From Camelus ferus (lineage: Eukaryota), in the NCBI RefSeq assembly GCF_009834535.1, contig NC_045697.1, positions 105,960,001 to 106,024,000 of the forward strand: a DNA stretch of 64,000 nucleotides, written 5' to 3'. The notes beneath the pieces are model-generated. The model saw nothing but the letters and a program-made list of their open reading frames with translations. It made no database searches and was not told the DNA's origin. Position numbers and translations under genes: made by a program. Below, one piece after another: positions 1 to 12,124 of this stretch (within the stretch, counting starts at the first letter, position 1; each line of letters starts with the position of its first letter).

Positions 1-569
1 AGATCTCCCAGATGAGAAGAGAGACAGATGGAACAAAGAAAGGGGAGAAATGAGTTTTATCCTGCTGTGTTTCCAATCAGCTCTTCCCAGGAGGGATGCT
101 TGGCGAGAAAAGCAGGAAACAGACAGGTGGCCCAAAGTCTGTTGGGTAAAGTTAATATATAGTTGCTTGATTATTCAGGTCTGAGTTTTAGGACAAAAAG
201 TAGTAGATTAAAAGCAATCACTGCAAATTTATGAATCACATCCAGTTGCCCAGACACCAGTCTCCTGACCTCAATTTCTGCCTCCCTTAGTGAGCGGAGC
301 TGGAGTGTTGCCTATGTGGAGGCCATCCTGATTTGAAACGAAAAAGCAAACTGAAGCCAGAAGAGTTAAAGAAAACACTCACCAGATGTCAGTGCCAAAA
401 GCTGAAGGCCACCTAGAGATCATCCCCACAATCTCTCTTCCACGGAGGAGAAAATTAAGTCGCAAAAGCATTCACAACAGCCCCACGGTCATCAAGTGAT
501 TGATTGCTGAAGGTCTCATGGTTCCTATTGAACACATTGAACATTTTACCTCTTTAATTCATTTCTTAT

Positions 570-705
570 TTGCCTCATCCCATGAGAATGTGCTCTCCCT
601 GAGACCAGAGATTTTTGTCTTATTTGCTCACTGCCGCTGCCTCAACCCTCACCGTGTGCCTGGTGTTTACAAGGCACCTGATCATTATTTGCTGAGTAAA
701 TGAAT
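570..705 (+). mobile_element. L2 LINE 3' end fragment
   Basis: Decayed L2 terminus pattern '...gtcttatttgctcactg...gtgcctggtg...aggcacctgatcattatttgctgagtaaatgaat'. Confidence 0.65.
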
Positions 706-2989
706 CGCATCTTCTACGTCCCCAACACACTTTCACGGAGAGCACATCAGAGTGAGATTGGTACTTCTCACAACCACCTCCAGGCAAGCCACTTTGCCAT
801 TATCTGCTTCTTCACTGGGTAGGGAAAGCTGTGGGGCAGAGCAGAATTCAAATCCAAGACTGCCTGGTCTCAGCCAAATGTTGGATGAATTCAACTCATT
901 CGGTTAGTTCTCCCTGAAAAACACGGAAGGGATTTTTGTGGCAAATCAATGTTACAAGACGAACTATAAGGAGTTTATACAACAATGGGCTTCGTGGTTT
1001 ATTTTTTTTTGGATGTCTACATTTATGTCTTTATCCATAAATTTATGTCTGTGCCCACATTTACGCCACACGAGAGAAATGCCGTAGTAAAGATTCACTG
1101 GGTCTGTTGCTAGGGGAGTGTTATGAACATTGTAACTTCTTATGACCCTTCCTTTTTCAGTTTTTATGTGGAAAAAAAAATATGAGAACGAAGCATTGTG
1201 AAGCTGGCGACTGCAAAGAAGAGAGTTGGTAGATTCTGGGTGAATCTCAGAGAGGTATTTCCTACTCTCTCTGAAGTACAACTTTTTTTTCTTTTTGTTT
1301 AATTTTTGTGCAGGAGTCATCTGCAGGGATGCGAAGGAGAAACACTTCGAATGAAGATGTGTCCATTTCAGGGGGAGCACGTGAAACCACGACAAAACGT
1401 TCGTTCATGGAATTAGGTGAGACAATTCCCTCTTTATGGACGTGAGGTTTGCACTTGTGTATTAAAGATTCAGGTTGCCTGAGGCCTCCTGGTATCTTTT
1501 TTGTACCCCAAATTCTTCACAGAAAATGTGCAGATTAGTAGTAGCAGAGTGCCAAACTTTATAATATATTTAATAGGGTGTTAAATAGTAAATTCAGGTT
1601 CCAGAATTTTTGCTAAGATACAAAGCCAAGAACAAATATATCTCAGGTCCTAAGCTGAGAAAGTCCACCACCTTCCTACCGGTTATTAGTGAAAAGAGCC
1701 AGTTCAGAAAATGTCTAGGCCACCAGCTCTCCCCGCTCTCTAGCACTATCCCAGTCAGAGTTAAGAGGAGGGTTGAGTAAGGAAAGAGGTGGTAAGCCTT
1801 GTGAAGAGAGCGGACTTTGGGTAAGGGAAGAAAGCACTGCTTTTCCCTTTCTGAAGCTCAGTGGGAGAACTCCAAGAGGATCACATAAGGATTGACGGCA
1901 CTTGCAAGGGGAGCCTGGCAACACGACTCTCAGCAGGCGGTGTGCCCAGCTGCAGGACCCACACGTCCCCTCCTGCGCCATCATTAATGCTGAGCACTAT
2001 TGGAGAGAGGGGATTCTGGGAGAGCATCTGGGAGTCTGGAGCAAGCATAGACTGTTGTCCTCTTCAGTCCTCCTCTTCCACTATGAGGATGCCTAGATGT
2101 GCTCCTGAAGATTTGGATGTCTGCATGGACCTGGGGTGTGGTCTTGAGCTTTCTGTAACAGAAACACCCACAACAGCAGCCCTTAAAGGAATAGTGGTCT
2201 AGCGCACCCTGGAGGAAGATGGCAATGCTGCTCCATCCCAGTTTTCCAGGATCCTCCAAAGTTTGACAAGGACTCCAGGGGTTGGCTTAGCTCCATGGAA
2301 AACATCACGAAGGTGCTGGAAGTGGATGGGCCTTGGCACTGCTGGGTGGCTGCTGGGCCAATCTCTTCAGGTTCAATTTAGAGAAGAGGTTGTGGTACTC
2401 AATCTGCTAATAAAGGAAACCGCCCTGTGCGGGTATTTGTAACTACTTGAGTAAAAGCAAGTTAATAGATTTTCACAGACACTGTCCTGTCACCCACATT
2501 TCTGCCCAATTAAGGGAAACATTCATTTTCTTCTCAAGCTTTAGTCAGCAAATAACTAATATTTTTGCTTTATTTTTCCATCAAAGTAGGAGAAGGATAA
2601 GACCTTCTTTATTGCTATAATAGGCAAGAAAATACAGAACCCAGAAGCAGGTAGCCAAAGTACACAGAACGCTGAAAGACGGGAAAGTTCACGTAGAACT
2701 TCAGGGTCACCGAAAAGAAATAAGCAACTCTTGAAGTGGTAAGTAATTAATGTGCAAAATCTTGCCAGTTATTTATAGAAAACAAACAGCTCAGGAATGC
2801 TGTTGATAAAAGCTTAGCGCACAAGCAGGGAAGGACTGTCTGTAAGGGCTGAGATTCAAGTAAGTACCAACCCAGAGCAGACAGCGGTGGGGAAAGAGTG
2901 GTATAGCCAACACTGAGCAAGAGCTTGGATAATACAAGAAAATCAGGACATGTCCTAAGGTAGATTGTACTTTCCAAAGATGAACCCCA

Positions 2990-3535
2990 CAGAAGAATCT
3001 GTCCCCCATGCTCCATTTGCAATGACAATGACAACCCTTCGATCAACGGGTAGGATCCCTGTCTCCTCCCCATGGACCCAGGCAGAGCATCGTGAGTGCC
3101 TTGCTCAGTAGAACACAGCAGAAGTAAGGCTGTGTGGCTTACCAGGCTAGGGGCCACAACTCCCTTGTTCTTCTACCGTATTCTCTCGGGACACTTGCTC
3201 TGTAAACCCAGACATCTTGACATGAGGAGGCCAAAAAGAAGCCTTTGGAAAGGCCCACAGAGAGGATGCAAACAGAGAGGAGCCGAAGCCTTCGGCCACC
3301 AGCCCCCATTGAGCTCTGGTTAACGGCCAGTGTCAAGTCGCCAGCCGTGTGAGTGTCATTCTGATTGAACCATCCCATGTCCAGTTGAGCTAATGCCACA
3401 TGGAACGGAGATAAGCCTTTTCCCACCAAATTCTGCCCAGATTGCAGACTCTGTGCTAAATAAGTGGTGGTTGTTTTAAGCCACTAAGTTTTGGGGTCTG
3501 GGGGCAGGAGTTATACAGCAATGGATAATCAGAAT
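2990..3535 (+). mobile_element. MLT1G/H-like MaLR solo LTR
   Basis: MLT1 motifs 'gaaaggcccacagagag', 'ccagccgtgtgagtg', 'aaattctgcccagattgcaga', and 3' end 'gttgttttaagccactaagttttgggg...gttatacagcaatggataatcagaata'. Confidence 0.75.
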
Positions 3536-4032
3536 AGAATCAGAAAAGTACTATTTACCTAACCAGAGCCAGCTGAATTTCTGTAGTTCCTTTGGGAAGA
3601 GGAATTGAGAGTTTTTTTTTTTTAATCAGTACTCCATTTTGTATTATTTATGGTTTTCTATATTTTATTACCTCTTTAATAAAGCATGTGTAGAGAATTC
3701 TCACTTCATTGTATAGGTTTAGGTGTTCCCAGTAATTCTCTTGGCAGCCCTTACTCAATTTTGAATTAAAAGATACTTCAAGTATGAGCATAGTTCTTGT
3801 TCACTCTATGGTATGTTCAACTTTAAATAACAAACATGTTTAAGAATCTGTTGCCCCAAAAGGGGTACAGCCCATATAGACAACAATTTCCTTACAAAAC
3901 TCTGATTCGCCTGGGCTTCCTGCTATAGTTACAAGGATCAGCATGTGGGAAAAAGACTTCTGCCTGAAACTTTGTCCCCAGAGCAGAGTGGTATGTTTGC
4001 AAGAAAAAATCCAGGGACTTTATGTAACAATA

Positions 4033-4242
4033 CAGTTGACCCTTGAATAGCACGGGCTTGAACTGTGCACATTCACGAACTTTTTCCAATAAACACTCTC
4101 TCCAGCACTGCATGTTTGGGGCTTGGTTGACTGCACAGATGTGCAGTAGCAAGATATGGAGGTGGACTCAAAAGTTACAGGGGATTTTCGACTGCTCAGG
4201 TAGTCAGCGCCCCTGCCTCCTGCATGGTTCGACGGTCAACTG
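4033..4242. mobile_element. MER8/Tigger2-family non-autonomous DNA transposon (TcMar-Tigger)
   Basis: Terminal inverted repeats CAGTTGACCCTTGAA at 4033 and TTCGACGGTCAACTG ending at 4242; preceded by TA; about 210 bp. Confidence 0.85.
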
Positions 4243-4271
4243 ATGTTAGTGGAATATACATAGTACATAGT

Positions 4272-4795
4272 TTATTCATTTAACAGTACTTCAGCCATGA
4301 TTTCCTGAGTGCCACTATGTGCCAGTATCAGACTAGACGGGATGTAGAGGTGGACAAACACATCGGTCTCTGATGAGACAGTAAGGAAATATATCTTTCT
4401 CAGATTTTGAGCAGAATAGGAAAAAAGTGAAGTAGATTGGGGGATACCATGCCAAAGTAGGGTGAGGGTGGGCAGGCAAGCTTGCTGTTTGTTCCACAAG
4501 GAGGCTCAGGGAGACCTCTCTGATCTGGTAACATTTGAGCAGAGGTTTTCAAGAAGTGGAGGTGAATCAGGCAACTTCCTGGGAGACGAGTTCAAGTTGG
4601 GAGAAGAGCCAAGTGTAAGCACTGTGAGATGAAAACAATCTAAGTGTGTTCAGAGGCTCCCAGACATCGTTGTGGCCGAGACAGAGCAGGCCAGGTGTTG
4701 AATGGAAGGACAAGAAGTATCGGGAATAGAAGCAGGTAGTGGAGAAATGTAGGGCATTATAGAACCATTGAAAGAGCTTTTGCTTTTATTGGGTG
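4272..4795 (-). mobile_element. L2 LINE fragment
   Basis: 'ttattcatttaacag...tttcctgagtgccactatgtgccag' and 'gacctctctgatctggtaacatttgagcagag' match the reverse-complemented L2 3' region. Confidence 0.75.
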
Positions 4796-4813
4796 ATTAT
4801 ACATATGCATATA

Positions 4814-5202
4814 CATTATGGACCGAACATCTGCATCCCCCCAAAGTTAGTATGTTAAACACCTGACCGCCAATGTGATGTTTGGTGACGGAGGCTCTGA
4901 GAGGTAATTAGGGTTAGAGTAGGTCATGGGGTAGGATCTTCACAATGGAATTTCTGTTCTTAGAAGAAAAGGAAGAAAGAGAATCTTTCTCCCTCTGCAC
5001 TCACACACCAAGGAAAGGCCACGTCAGGACACAGGAAGAAGGCAGCTGTCTATAAGTCAAAAGGAGAGCCCTCAGCAAAACCCGACCATATCCCAGCGCC
5101 CTGAGCATGAACGTTTAGCCTCCAGAGCTGTGATGAAGCAGATCTCTGTCGTTTAAGCAGCTCAGGATGTGGTAGGGTGTTCTGGCAATCTGGGCGAAAA
5201 CA
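4814..5202 (+). mobile_element. MLT1A/A0 MaLR solo LTR
   Basis: Starts 'cattatggaccgaacatctgcatccccccaaagttagtatgttaaa'; contains 'gaggtaattagggttagagtaggtcatgggg', 'tagcctccagagctgtga', 'gtttaagcag'. Confidence 0.85.
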
Positions 5203-7024
5203 GTATCACCACAGTCACGGTGATATACAATGTCAATCAGTTTTAATTCAGCATTGAAATACATTTCTTTCTAAGTATCCTATTTTTATTCTCCTTAGTC
5301 CACTCCTACTAGCTTTCTGGTAACAAAGGTGCTGATTGCACAGTTCATTGCCTGAAATTGTTTAATGATCGGTTTCAGCTATGACTTATCCATTTGTATT
5401 TTTAACGTTCTATTTTTTGTGAGATATGAGCAAACACAGGAGCTTTGGGAAATGTCTCTTCCCTAATTGGAATGTCTTCTCTTAATGTCTTTTGCAAACC
5501 ACGTCGCAAGAATTAAAACAAAAAGTCTTCTGTAATACGCATATGATAATTTTATCAGTAGAGACTATAGATTGCTCTGGCTTTAAGAGGAAAAGATTAT
5601 TTTCTTGATTGAATAAGAGATTCCTGCCCATTATGTAGCGCTCCTTCCATCAATAGTTAATTATTTGTTTCCTTCTTGATTAATTATTTCTCTTATATCA
5701 CGTTTCCTTTGGTTAAAACAAATGCGGTTTCTGACTGTTCTCTTTTCAGGGTTTAGTGATTTAATTTCAACATAAATGATTATAAGGCAGACTTAAATTT
5801 TGCCTGTCAAATCAGGCACACAGGAGCGGATGACTGTGTATAGCCTCTCCTGGCTACAGTTCGTGTTCAGCTAGTTTCTCCTGAGCTCCTCAGGAGTCCC
5901 CTGCCACCTTTGTGACACCTGTGGCGCTCACTTCCCTCTATGTTTCTGTCTTTGTTTTTTGCAGGAGTGCTCAGGCATCACGCAACAGCAGATCTTTTAA
6001 GGCTACCAAGACTCACTTCCCTTCCCGAAGCACCTCGTAGTCTCATTTTCTTCATCCTTTCCCCTTTGTCTTGTGCCACTTCTTCCTCTCTGAGGGCTCC
6101 CTCCTCCTGACCCTCCCCCTCCTCCTTCCTCTTCTTTTTTTCATGTTCAGCATTTGCATTTAGATTCCTCAGCTCAAGGTTTTTTTTCTAAATCCCTACA
6201 GGATTTTTACCATCTTTCTGCACAATGGAAGAGGCTATTTATCCTGTCCTCATCAAGACTGTTTTTGGGAAGGGAAATAATTGACTTCTTGGCATTTAGT
6301 CTCCAGTAAACAAACACACAGGAAGCGAGCACACCAACAAGCCAGAGGTCTGGGGCCTTCCCTCTCCCAGTCTGTAAGACTCATCTTAACGTGGTGATGG
6401 GCAGGATCTCACCAGCATGAAGTCAGGGCAGACTCGGTGCTTTGGAACTCTGCTCTTTAAATCTTAACTATCAACATAAGCTCTGTAAGAAATATGTAAT
6501 GTCTTCAAACTCAAAGAGCAATGAGATTATGACTTATCATCTGGGCCCTCCTCAGAATTCTAAGAATGAGATAATTTGTCATTTTGTGGGAAAAATGAAC
6601 TTCTTTTATAAAGAACATGACTCACCTTCTGCAATACTACCCACACAGACATAAATGGGATGTTTATGTTTTAGGGAAATCAAGGTCACAAGAAAAAAGT
6701 GAATTGACAGTTCTGTTGAGACTCAAAAAAAGTAATTTTTTCCTAACTTGTTTAGATTCCCCATCTTTCACTGGCAGCTTTGGTTTTTGTGCTTATGAGT
6801 CACAGTAAGAAAATTTCAAAACAGAGCTGACAAGATTTATGGAAATTTCATTCCATTATTTTTAAAAGAAACACTTTTATTGGAAGAAGGTAGGCATTCA
6901 TCTCTCTCAGATGTCATTGTCTCAATTGCTTTGGGCACCATAACAAAAATGTTCATCTGGTTGTTTACAGAGAAGCAAATAATCTTGTCCAGTTTATACA
7001 AGACAGTTTTAAAGAGCCACAGAA

Positions 7025-7243
7025 TTCTGAGCTTTGGAGTCAGAGAGATCTGGTTTTATCACTTGTTCCCTGTGCGGCCTCGCACTACTGAGTTAACCTC
7101 AGTTTTCTCTGTCTGAAAAACCAAAATAACATTAGTGCCTACCTCTTAGGTTTACTGTAAGAATTAAATAAGGAGGTTATACAGAAGGCATATTTAGCAG
7201 CAGCAACTGGCCCAGACTAAACGCTCAGTAAATATTAATGCTA
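7025..7243 (+). mobile_element. MIR SINE
   Basis: 'gagctttggagtcagagag', core 'cctcagttttctctgtctgaaaa', 'gtgcctacctcttagg...aagaattaaataag', 3' 'acgctcagtaaatatta'. Confidence 0.8.
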
Positions 7244-8765
7244 ATCCTTGTGCATTTCCATGTTTTGTGACGGCCGAGTATCATCAGTAGATCAACATGC
7301 TTTCCTCAGTTACTAACTGGAAATCCGAGTCAAGTGACTTAGCCTTCCTTACCCTTCATCTGTGTCCTTACATATGAGATTTCTTACATACAGTGGATTA
7401 TAATACGTAACTGTCAATAAGCGATGGTCAGGTAAGTATTTTGTTGCACAAGTGGTAATATTCAATAACAGGTTGTACAGTCAGGAGTCTGAATTCGTAA
7501 AGGAACTCCAGAGTGCCATGTTCTTGCTCCTTTACTCTTCTCCTCACGTAACCACATTCTCCGTTATTACTGTGGATGATATCTGGCATCTATTGTAAAT
7601 TAAAACGTAATGACGGTGACTAGTTAGAATGTATGCCCGATCCTGGAGTCACATAGTTTTGATCTTAGTAATTATCAAGCAAAAATAACCTCCTTTCCAT
7701 TCCTGTCCTTTCTATCAAATAATTAAGACCTTCATACATGTTAAGTAATCATGGAATCCGGTTATCAGTGCTCTGCCAACTGAAAATTAATTATGGTAAA
7801 TAGGTATCACTTTCCTTATTCTTCAGATAATAAAACTGAGACTTAGTTTAACTGAGATTAAAATGCCTTCACCAAAATTTTAAAAAGCAGTAAATAGTAG
7901 AAGGTGATACTAGCATTAATCTCTCGATCTGTCAAGCACAAAGGAAGTGACCTTAACCATCACACATGACCACACAGTGTGCAGACCGCTGCTAAGGAAG
8001 AATTTTCAGGCGGCCATTATAGGAAAAGTTATTTCCCAGAAGGAACAATACCAAACTGGTTTCTATGGAATTGCTTTCCTGTCCCCATGCATAATTCAGC
8101 TGGTTGTTGACCCACAGGGGCTACACCTGTTACTTTACAGACAGACTACAAATCTTACAGTATAAATAATAGAGGAGCTTGATGGAGTCTTGTGAATTTA
8201 CATCCCATGCCAAGTTTCCAGCAACCCAGCTCTACCAGTTTCTGTGTTAGTTGACACAGGGTGGAATATTTACACTGCTGATTTCTAGGAGAGGTGATAA
8301 GAGCTGGGTGGCAATAAAGGGTCATTTAGCTCCTCTACTGGTTAAACCTTATATCTAAAAAAATGTGGGCTAGATGCATTCTTAACAAATAGTCCTTCAA
8401 TCACCTGAGCTGCACTGGATCTATGGAGAAGCCATGGGAGGTGGTATACATTCAAGCGACTGCAGACATTCTGGTCGTGTTTTTCGCATGAGTGTACAAA
8501 GGTCTAGAGCAAATTCAGTTTGTCTTCCAAAATTGACCTTATACAGCTTTATAAAAGTTGGTCCTTAGCAAGAAAAGACATATTTTGTGCTTCATATTTA
8601 GTACTTAGTTAGAGAAATTAATCATGGAGAATACAATGCATTTATTTATAAATGACTGTTTCGCTAAAATAGTTTTGGCTCCACCCAGGAAACACTGTCT
8701 TTTCTAAATTGTGTCCGGTTTTCGCTGTCTTCAGATTATACTTGCAGAGTATGGTTTCAGTGACT

Positions 8766-8768
<3 letters not shown>

Positions 8769-8798
<30 letters not shown>
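8769..8798. repeat. (AC)15 microsatellite
   Basis: Direct reading. Confidence 0.95.
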
Positions 8799-8802
<4 letters not shown>

Positions 8803-9339
8803 CGGAGTCCTTGACTAAGAAGTAGAGACTGGTGGCTTGGCTCTTCTGCAGTAGAGCTTCTCTGCTGAACATCTCAGATCCTAGTCCTTGGGTGTGCCGT
8901 TCTTGGAATTCCTTCCCAGAGCAGTTCAACCTTCTTGACCTGGTGCTAACTGGCATGACTTGCAGGGGAATATGCCTCACTTGGTGAGATGACTAAAATG
9001 AGACAGTCCAAATCTGCTATTGCTGGTTACTGATAGCACCATCAAGGCTAGTCTTTGCCTTGAACTTTGGAACTGTTATTTGATGAATCAAGATGACTTC
9101 ACAGAATTGTGATAAACTTTTCTCTACTACTTAATTAAATAATAGTCATGTGCTATCTTCGTATTTTGATGATTTGTTCCTGAACTTTAAATGAATGTAT
9201 TTATTTACATCAGAAAAACATGTCACATGGTATTTCCCACTTAATTTGTCAATGAAAAGCTCTATCCAAAATCATTCCTTTCCATTACCTTCTAATTCGT
9301 TTCCTTTTTTGGTTTCTTCATAGAACTGACTCACCATAA

Positions 9340-9630
9340 TTTGTAATTACTCTGTTTCATATCAACTGCATGGGACTCAGACCTTGTCTATTTTATTCAC
9401 CATTGGATCAAGCACTCTTATATGTGCGTATTTTTAAGGGGGAGCTACTTAGGTTTCCTTACTTATTTATTTATTTTTGGAGGAGGTTATGGGGATTCAA
9501 CCCAGGACCTTGCGTATGCTAAGCATGCACTCTACCACTTGAGCTATACCCTCCCCTCCAGATCAAGCACACTTAATGACAAAGTGAACGTCCTTAATAA
9601 ATACTTGTTGAATGAATGAGTGAAGGAATG
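9340..9630 (+). mobile_element. L2 3' end, split by a SINE insertion
   Basis: 'gaccttgtctattttattcaccattggatc' before the SINE and 'aataaatacttgttgaatgaatgagtgaa' after it. Confidence 0.7.
9421..9560 (-). mobile_element. Vic-1-type camelid tRNA(Ala)-derived SINE
   Basis: Minus strand reads GGGGAGGGTATAGCTCAAGTGGTAGAGTGCATGCTTAGCAT...GTCCTGGGTTGAATCCCC (A and B boxes) then an A-rich tail; TSD gatcaagcac(t/a)ctta at 9406-9420 and 9561-9575. Confidence 0.9.
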
Positions 9631-9706
9631 AACTAAAAGACAGATATTAACAACCTGAAGTAAATAAGCTTTAGCTCTACAAACACTGTTCAAGAAGGCA
9701 AACAAG

Positions 9707-9864
9707 GGGGGAGGGTGTAGCTCAAGTGGCAGAGCGAATGCTTAGCATGCATGAGGTCCTGGGTTCAATCTCCAGCACCTGCATTAAAAACAAATAAATA
9801 TATAAACCTAATTACCTCCCTCCACCAAAAAAAAAAAAAAAAAAAAAAAAGAATTAAAAAAAAG
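9707..9864 (+). mobile_element. Vic-1-type camelid tRNA(Ala)-derived SINE
   Basis: GGGGGAGGGTGTAGCTCAAGTGGCAGAGCGAATGCTTAGCATGCATGAGGTCCTGGGTTCAATCTCC, then 'aaacctaattacctccc' and poly(A); TSD aagaaggcaaacaag at 9692-9706 and aagaagacaaaaaag at 9865-9879. Confidence 0.92.
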
Positions 9865-10476
9865 AAGAAGACAAAAAAGAGGAAGTCTCTAGAACATTTA
9901 AGAACATTTTTCCAGACAAGCCAGGCTGAAAATGGTTGACTCTGGGTAGGAATATTGGAGAAAGAGAGGAAGGGAGTTTGAATAAATACAGGAATTACAA
10001 TTGCTTCAGTATAACGCTGCTATTTGAAGTTCAGGTTTTATACACTGAGTTGGGAACAGAATAGTCTTAGGTATTTTTTTTAAAGCAATTTTACCATCTT
10101 TAGGCCAGACTCTAGAAGCAAGTGTGGGCAATAGCAAAACCACTGATCTGGAGACTGACCTCAAGGGGGTTTCTCCTCTGTGAGTCTGGTCCTCTCATGA
10201 CAAAACTGTTGAGATTCCAAGCAGGTCTCAGTTGTTTATGTAAAGGCTGATATTTGAATCAAAATGGCACCTGCTAATTGTCAAGTCAACACTACTGACT
10301 TCAGAGTCAACATTAATGAAAAGTGGGCAAATTGAACCACACTCAGTCTTCCTGAGGGCAAATGTAAGCTTGCTTATTGAGCGAAGTAAATATCCATCTT
10401 ACAGATATTTCGGTGAAAGGATGTTTAGTTTTGTTTTTATTTTGTTTTTTGTATTTTTGTAAGCAAAATAGATCTG

Positions 10477-10522
10477 TAGATAATAGATAGATAGATAGAT
10501 AGATACATAGATAGATAATAGA
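10477..10522. repeat. (TAGA)n/(GATA)n tetranucleotide repeat
   Basis: Direct reading, imperfect. Confidence 0.9.
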
Positions 10523-11289
10523 GAGACAGGTATCAAATGCTTTAATTTTATCAATATACCACAGTATTATTTATGCTAAAAACTAGGCACACATTGATTT
10601 TCCAAGAATCTGAATGTGGCTTAATGACTTATGATACATCCTTATGATTGAATATTATCGTAGAGAGGAGCCCGTTTCCCCCAGTCGCCTTGCTCCCACT
10701 CTCACCTCTACAGAAGACAACTGTCCATCATTTCCACCCTTTGGCTTACAAGGGAACCTCTGCCCTCCTCTCTGTGCATTATTCCTCAAGGATGGAAGCG
10801 TTGCTAAACTTATTGTCAAGAGGCTGATCTTCATCCGTTCACATTTTCACTGGTATGGAATTACTTTACCTTACAACTGTGGTCACAGTTTGGGGCCTTT
10901 ATTTTATTCTTTTCTTTTCCTTGGGCTGTCTTTGTTAGGGGCCTGGAAGAAGGTTTGTGGAATCCTTACTCAGGTCTTTTTTTTTTTCATGTGAAGCACA
11001 CCTAGCTCGGGACCCAGGGCCTGCCTTTAGAAGCATGTCTTAAACTCTGGTAGGGAAAGTTATCCTTGTTTATTCTTCATGGTGAAGGTGATTGTTATTT
11101 GTAGACCTCTATTTTCCAAATAACTTCTTAAGTAACTATCTTGAGTTCCTCAAATATCTAAATAGATCTTGAGTTTGCATTAAATTTGTAGAAGAATATA
11201 TGCAATATATCGTCTGTGTAATATAAAGAACTTCTGTCTATGACTATGGGATGTTTCTCATTTGTCTTTTATTAAAGAATTAACGTTTT

Positions 11290-11566
11290 CTCCAAGAAGT
11301 ATAGTAAACTGGTAGAAATGTAGCAAGACCTGTTTGTTAGCAGTCTTCTTGGAATCCCTTTGTCTTTGGAGCTAAGGATGCTCCTTAGTTGGGTAGAGGG
11401 AGGACATCTCTCACATGAGGATTTTATGACCTGTTTCAAAGGAGAAGGGTGGGGTAAAGGTCAGGGTGACCCTCCTACTTCTGCCATTTTCTCAAACCCC
11501 TTCAGCTTAAAATATTCAATATGTTAAGGTGCCATGTTTTGGGTTAGTGTGTCCTCAACCCCATCA
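11290..11566 (-). mobile_element. MER34-like ERV1 LTR (5' part; downstream boundary uncertain)
   Basis: Minus strand begins TGATGGGGTTGAGGACACACTAACCCAAAACATGGCACCTTAACATATTGAATATTTTAAGCTGAAG, matching my recall of the MER34A-type LTR start. Confidence 0.75.
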
Positions 11567-11631
11567 GATACAAAGGGAAATTCTCAAATATTAACTAAAC
11601 ATAAGTTTCAAGAATGCTACAGGTCACTTTT

Positions 11632-11698
11632 TTTCATTAAGGTATAGTCAGTTTACAATGTTGTGTTAGTTTCTGATGTACACCATAGGGATTCAGTT

Positions 11699-11737
<39 letters not shown>

Positions 11738-12124
11738 TCCTTTTCATATTCTTTTTTCATTATAGACCACTACAAGGTATTAAATATAATTCTCTGTGCT
11801 ATACAGTAGGACCTTGTTGTTTATCTGTTTTATATATGATAGTGTGTATCTTCAAATCCCAAACTCCCAATTTATCCCTCCACCAACTCCCTTTTCCCCT
11901 CTGGTAACCATAAGCTTGTTTTCTGTCTGTGAGTCTGTCTCTGTTTGGTAAATTTCATTTGTGTCTTATTTATTTATTTTTTTTTAGATTCTGCCCATAA
12001 ATGATATTATATGGTATTTTTCTTTCTCTTTCTGGCTTACTTCACTTAATATGGCAATCTCCAGGTCCATTGATGTTGCTGCAAATGGCATTATTTCATT
12101 CTTTTTATGGCTGAGTAGTATTCC
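11632..12124 (-). mobile_element. 5'-truncated cetartiodactyl L1 3' end with internal (CA)n at about 11702-11734
   Basis: 'tatagtcagtttacaatgttgtgttagtttctg', 'ctgtgctatacagtaggaccttgttg', 'gttgctgcaaatggcattatttc'; TSD atgcta(c/g)aggtcactttt at 11614-11631 and 12125-12142. Confidence 0.92.

Noticed and set aside
1715..2460. GC-richer block with several overlapping ORFs and AATAAA near 2408
   Set aside because: Overlapping ORFs on both strands reflect composition. It looks like an ancient LTR, but I cannot assign a family or boundaries.
9707..9782. tRNA-Ala(AGC)-like gene
   Set aside because: It has a SINE-specific tail, poly(A) and a TSD, so it is a SINE head and not a functional tRNA. The same applies to the copies at 9421-9560 and 34006-34094.
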